A DNA stretch of 64,000 bases, taken from contig RSEE01000042.1 in the NCBI GenBank assembly GCA_003971905.1, forward strand, positions 124,001 through 188,000, read 5' to 3'. Of the stretch, positions 62,887-64,000 are shown one piece after another. Each line of letters starts with the position of its first letter. Positions within the stretch are counted from its first letter, which is position 1. The notes under the pieces were generated by a model. That model saw only the letters and a list, made by a program, of their open reading frames with translations, was not told where the DNA came from and searched no databases. Origin of the DNA: Moniliella sp. 'wahieum'. Lineage: Eukaryota. Position numbers and translations under genes: made by a program.

Positions 62887-63874
62887 TTAAAGGTAAGCCA
62901 GATCCACCCAAGTTTTGTAGTCCGCTCCGAGCACCGTGCCAATATCCACAGCGCCTGAAAGAATGTGATCGAACGATACCCTGGGGCCACTCGCGCCGGC
63001 ACCAGAATTTCCAAATTCGGCAAGCTGGCTTTGGGACGTGTCTTTGCCCGATGCCGAATAACCGTCCTTGTTGACCACGTTTTCCAACACAGAGTTCTGG
63101 ACTGTAACCCGGGCATAGGGACCCCATGGGCGGCCCAGGTAATAGCTGCCCGCCGCAACGGATTGTCCGTCGGCTGGCCGGATGTGGGAGTCAGTGATGA
63201 GGTAGTAAGAAGGTCAGAAGCGTCGGGGCGGCCAGATGCTGTGATGAACCCCACGGGCTGGTTCAGCACTCCGATTTGGGACTTGGTGATGACGGCTTGG
63301 GCGTGTTGGCCAAAGATAAAGTCGGTTGCGCCAGTAATGTAGCTTTGCGCGTAAACTTGCCTGCCGTTTTGGGCCAAGAGAGTGTCCTGGAAGCCCTGGA
63401 TTGAGCATCCGTAGCAGCCAAACTGGTCCATCTCCGCTGATAAAGCAATGGCTTGAGACCCCTGCCCAAACGAGTTGATCACATCCACGTTGTACATTGA
63501 AACGCGGGGAGACAGTACGCGTACTGTTCCGGTTTCATCGTCGTTCAAGCCATTCTTTTGGGAAAGGTTGTGGGTGATGGTTACCGTGTTTTGGACATAA
63601 GAAGCGGTATCAGATGTGGAGCCAAAGATTGCCAAAGGGCCCTTGAGAGCAGGGATGACCACTTGCTCGTTGTACGTGCCTGCCCCAATGAAAATCTTCT
63701 GAGACCGGGTGGAGGTGGTGGACAGTGCATTTACCGCCGCTTGCACTGTTCCATACTGTCCACTCGACGGCGATTTGGACACCACCAACGATCCGTGAGG
63801 GGGGGAGACCCGCGGTGGGCCAGCCCCGTGGCGGCGCTCCCCAGAAGAGCAAGTACAAGCGGGATGAGCTTCAT
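62887..63874 (-). CDS. Secreted pectin methylesterase (CE8)
   Basis: Signal MKLIPLVLALL; YGTVQAAVNAL; IFIGAGTYNEQV; QAIALS; YGCSIQGFQDTLLA; ITGATDFIFG; ITASGR; AEFGNSGAGA. Confidence 0.95.
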
Positions 63875-64000
63875 ATTGGGAAAATGGCGGGGGTGAAGCA
63901 GCTGTGGGGATATGGCGCGGATTGTTTGAGTCGCAGGTGAGAGAGGTCCGCTTTAAAAAGGCGAAGGGGCACTGACTATGGAGACCCGCACTTTGGTTCT

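Overview
GC-rich fungal genomic DNA, almost certainly a basidiomycete, judged from short GT..AG introns with CTAAC/CTGAC branch points, intron-containing tRNAs and basidiomycete-type PEX5/CDA genes. The window is gene-dense: RPL30 and RPL37 (divergent pair), a Pro-rich coiled-coil protein, PEX5, a DAL5-like MFS permease, a PX/DUF3818 (Lec1-like) protein, two Zn2Cys6 factors, KRE6/SKN1, ERG2, POL3, an F-box/WD40 protein, VMA10, a GPI-anchored chitin deacetylase, a DUF3237 protein, TCTP, a PB1 plus multi-ZZ protein, RPS29, a pectin methylesterase and four tRNAs. A gap of about 7 kb without intact genes (34.8-42 kb) holds a Ty3/gypsy chromovirus fragment. Many genes, including essential ones, carry small frameshifts, best explained as uncorrected assembly indels, so CDS coordinates are gene spans. 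The most unusual signal is a dispersed set of intergenic micro-repeats that differ in sequence but share one architecture: period 7, a 6-bp A....T palindrome plus one spacer base. Other signals are a 13-bp motif shared by the ribosomal-protein promoters, long 5'UTR introns in all three RP genes, and a probable small spliced gene that the ORF track misses.
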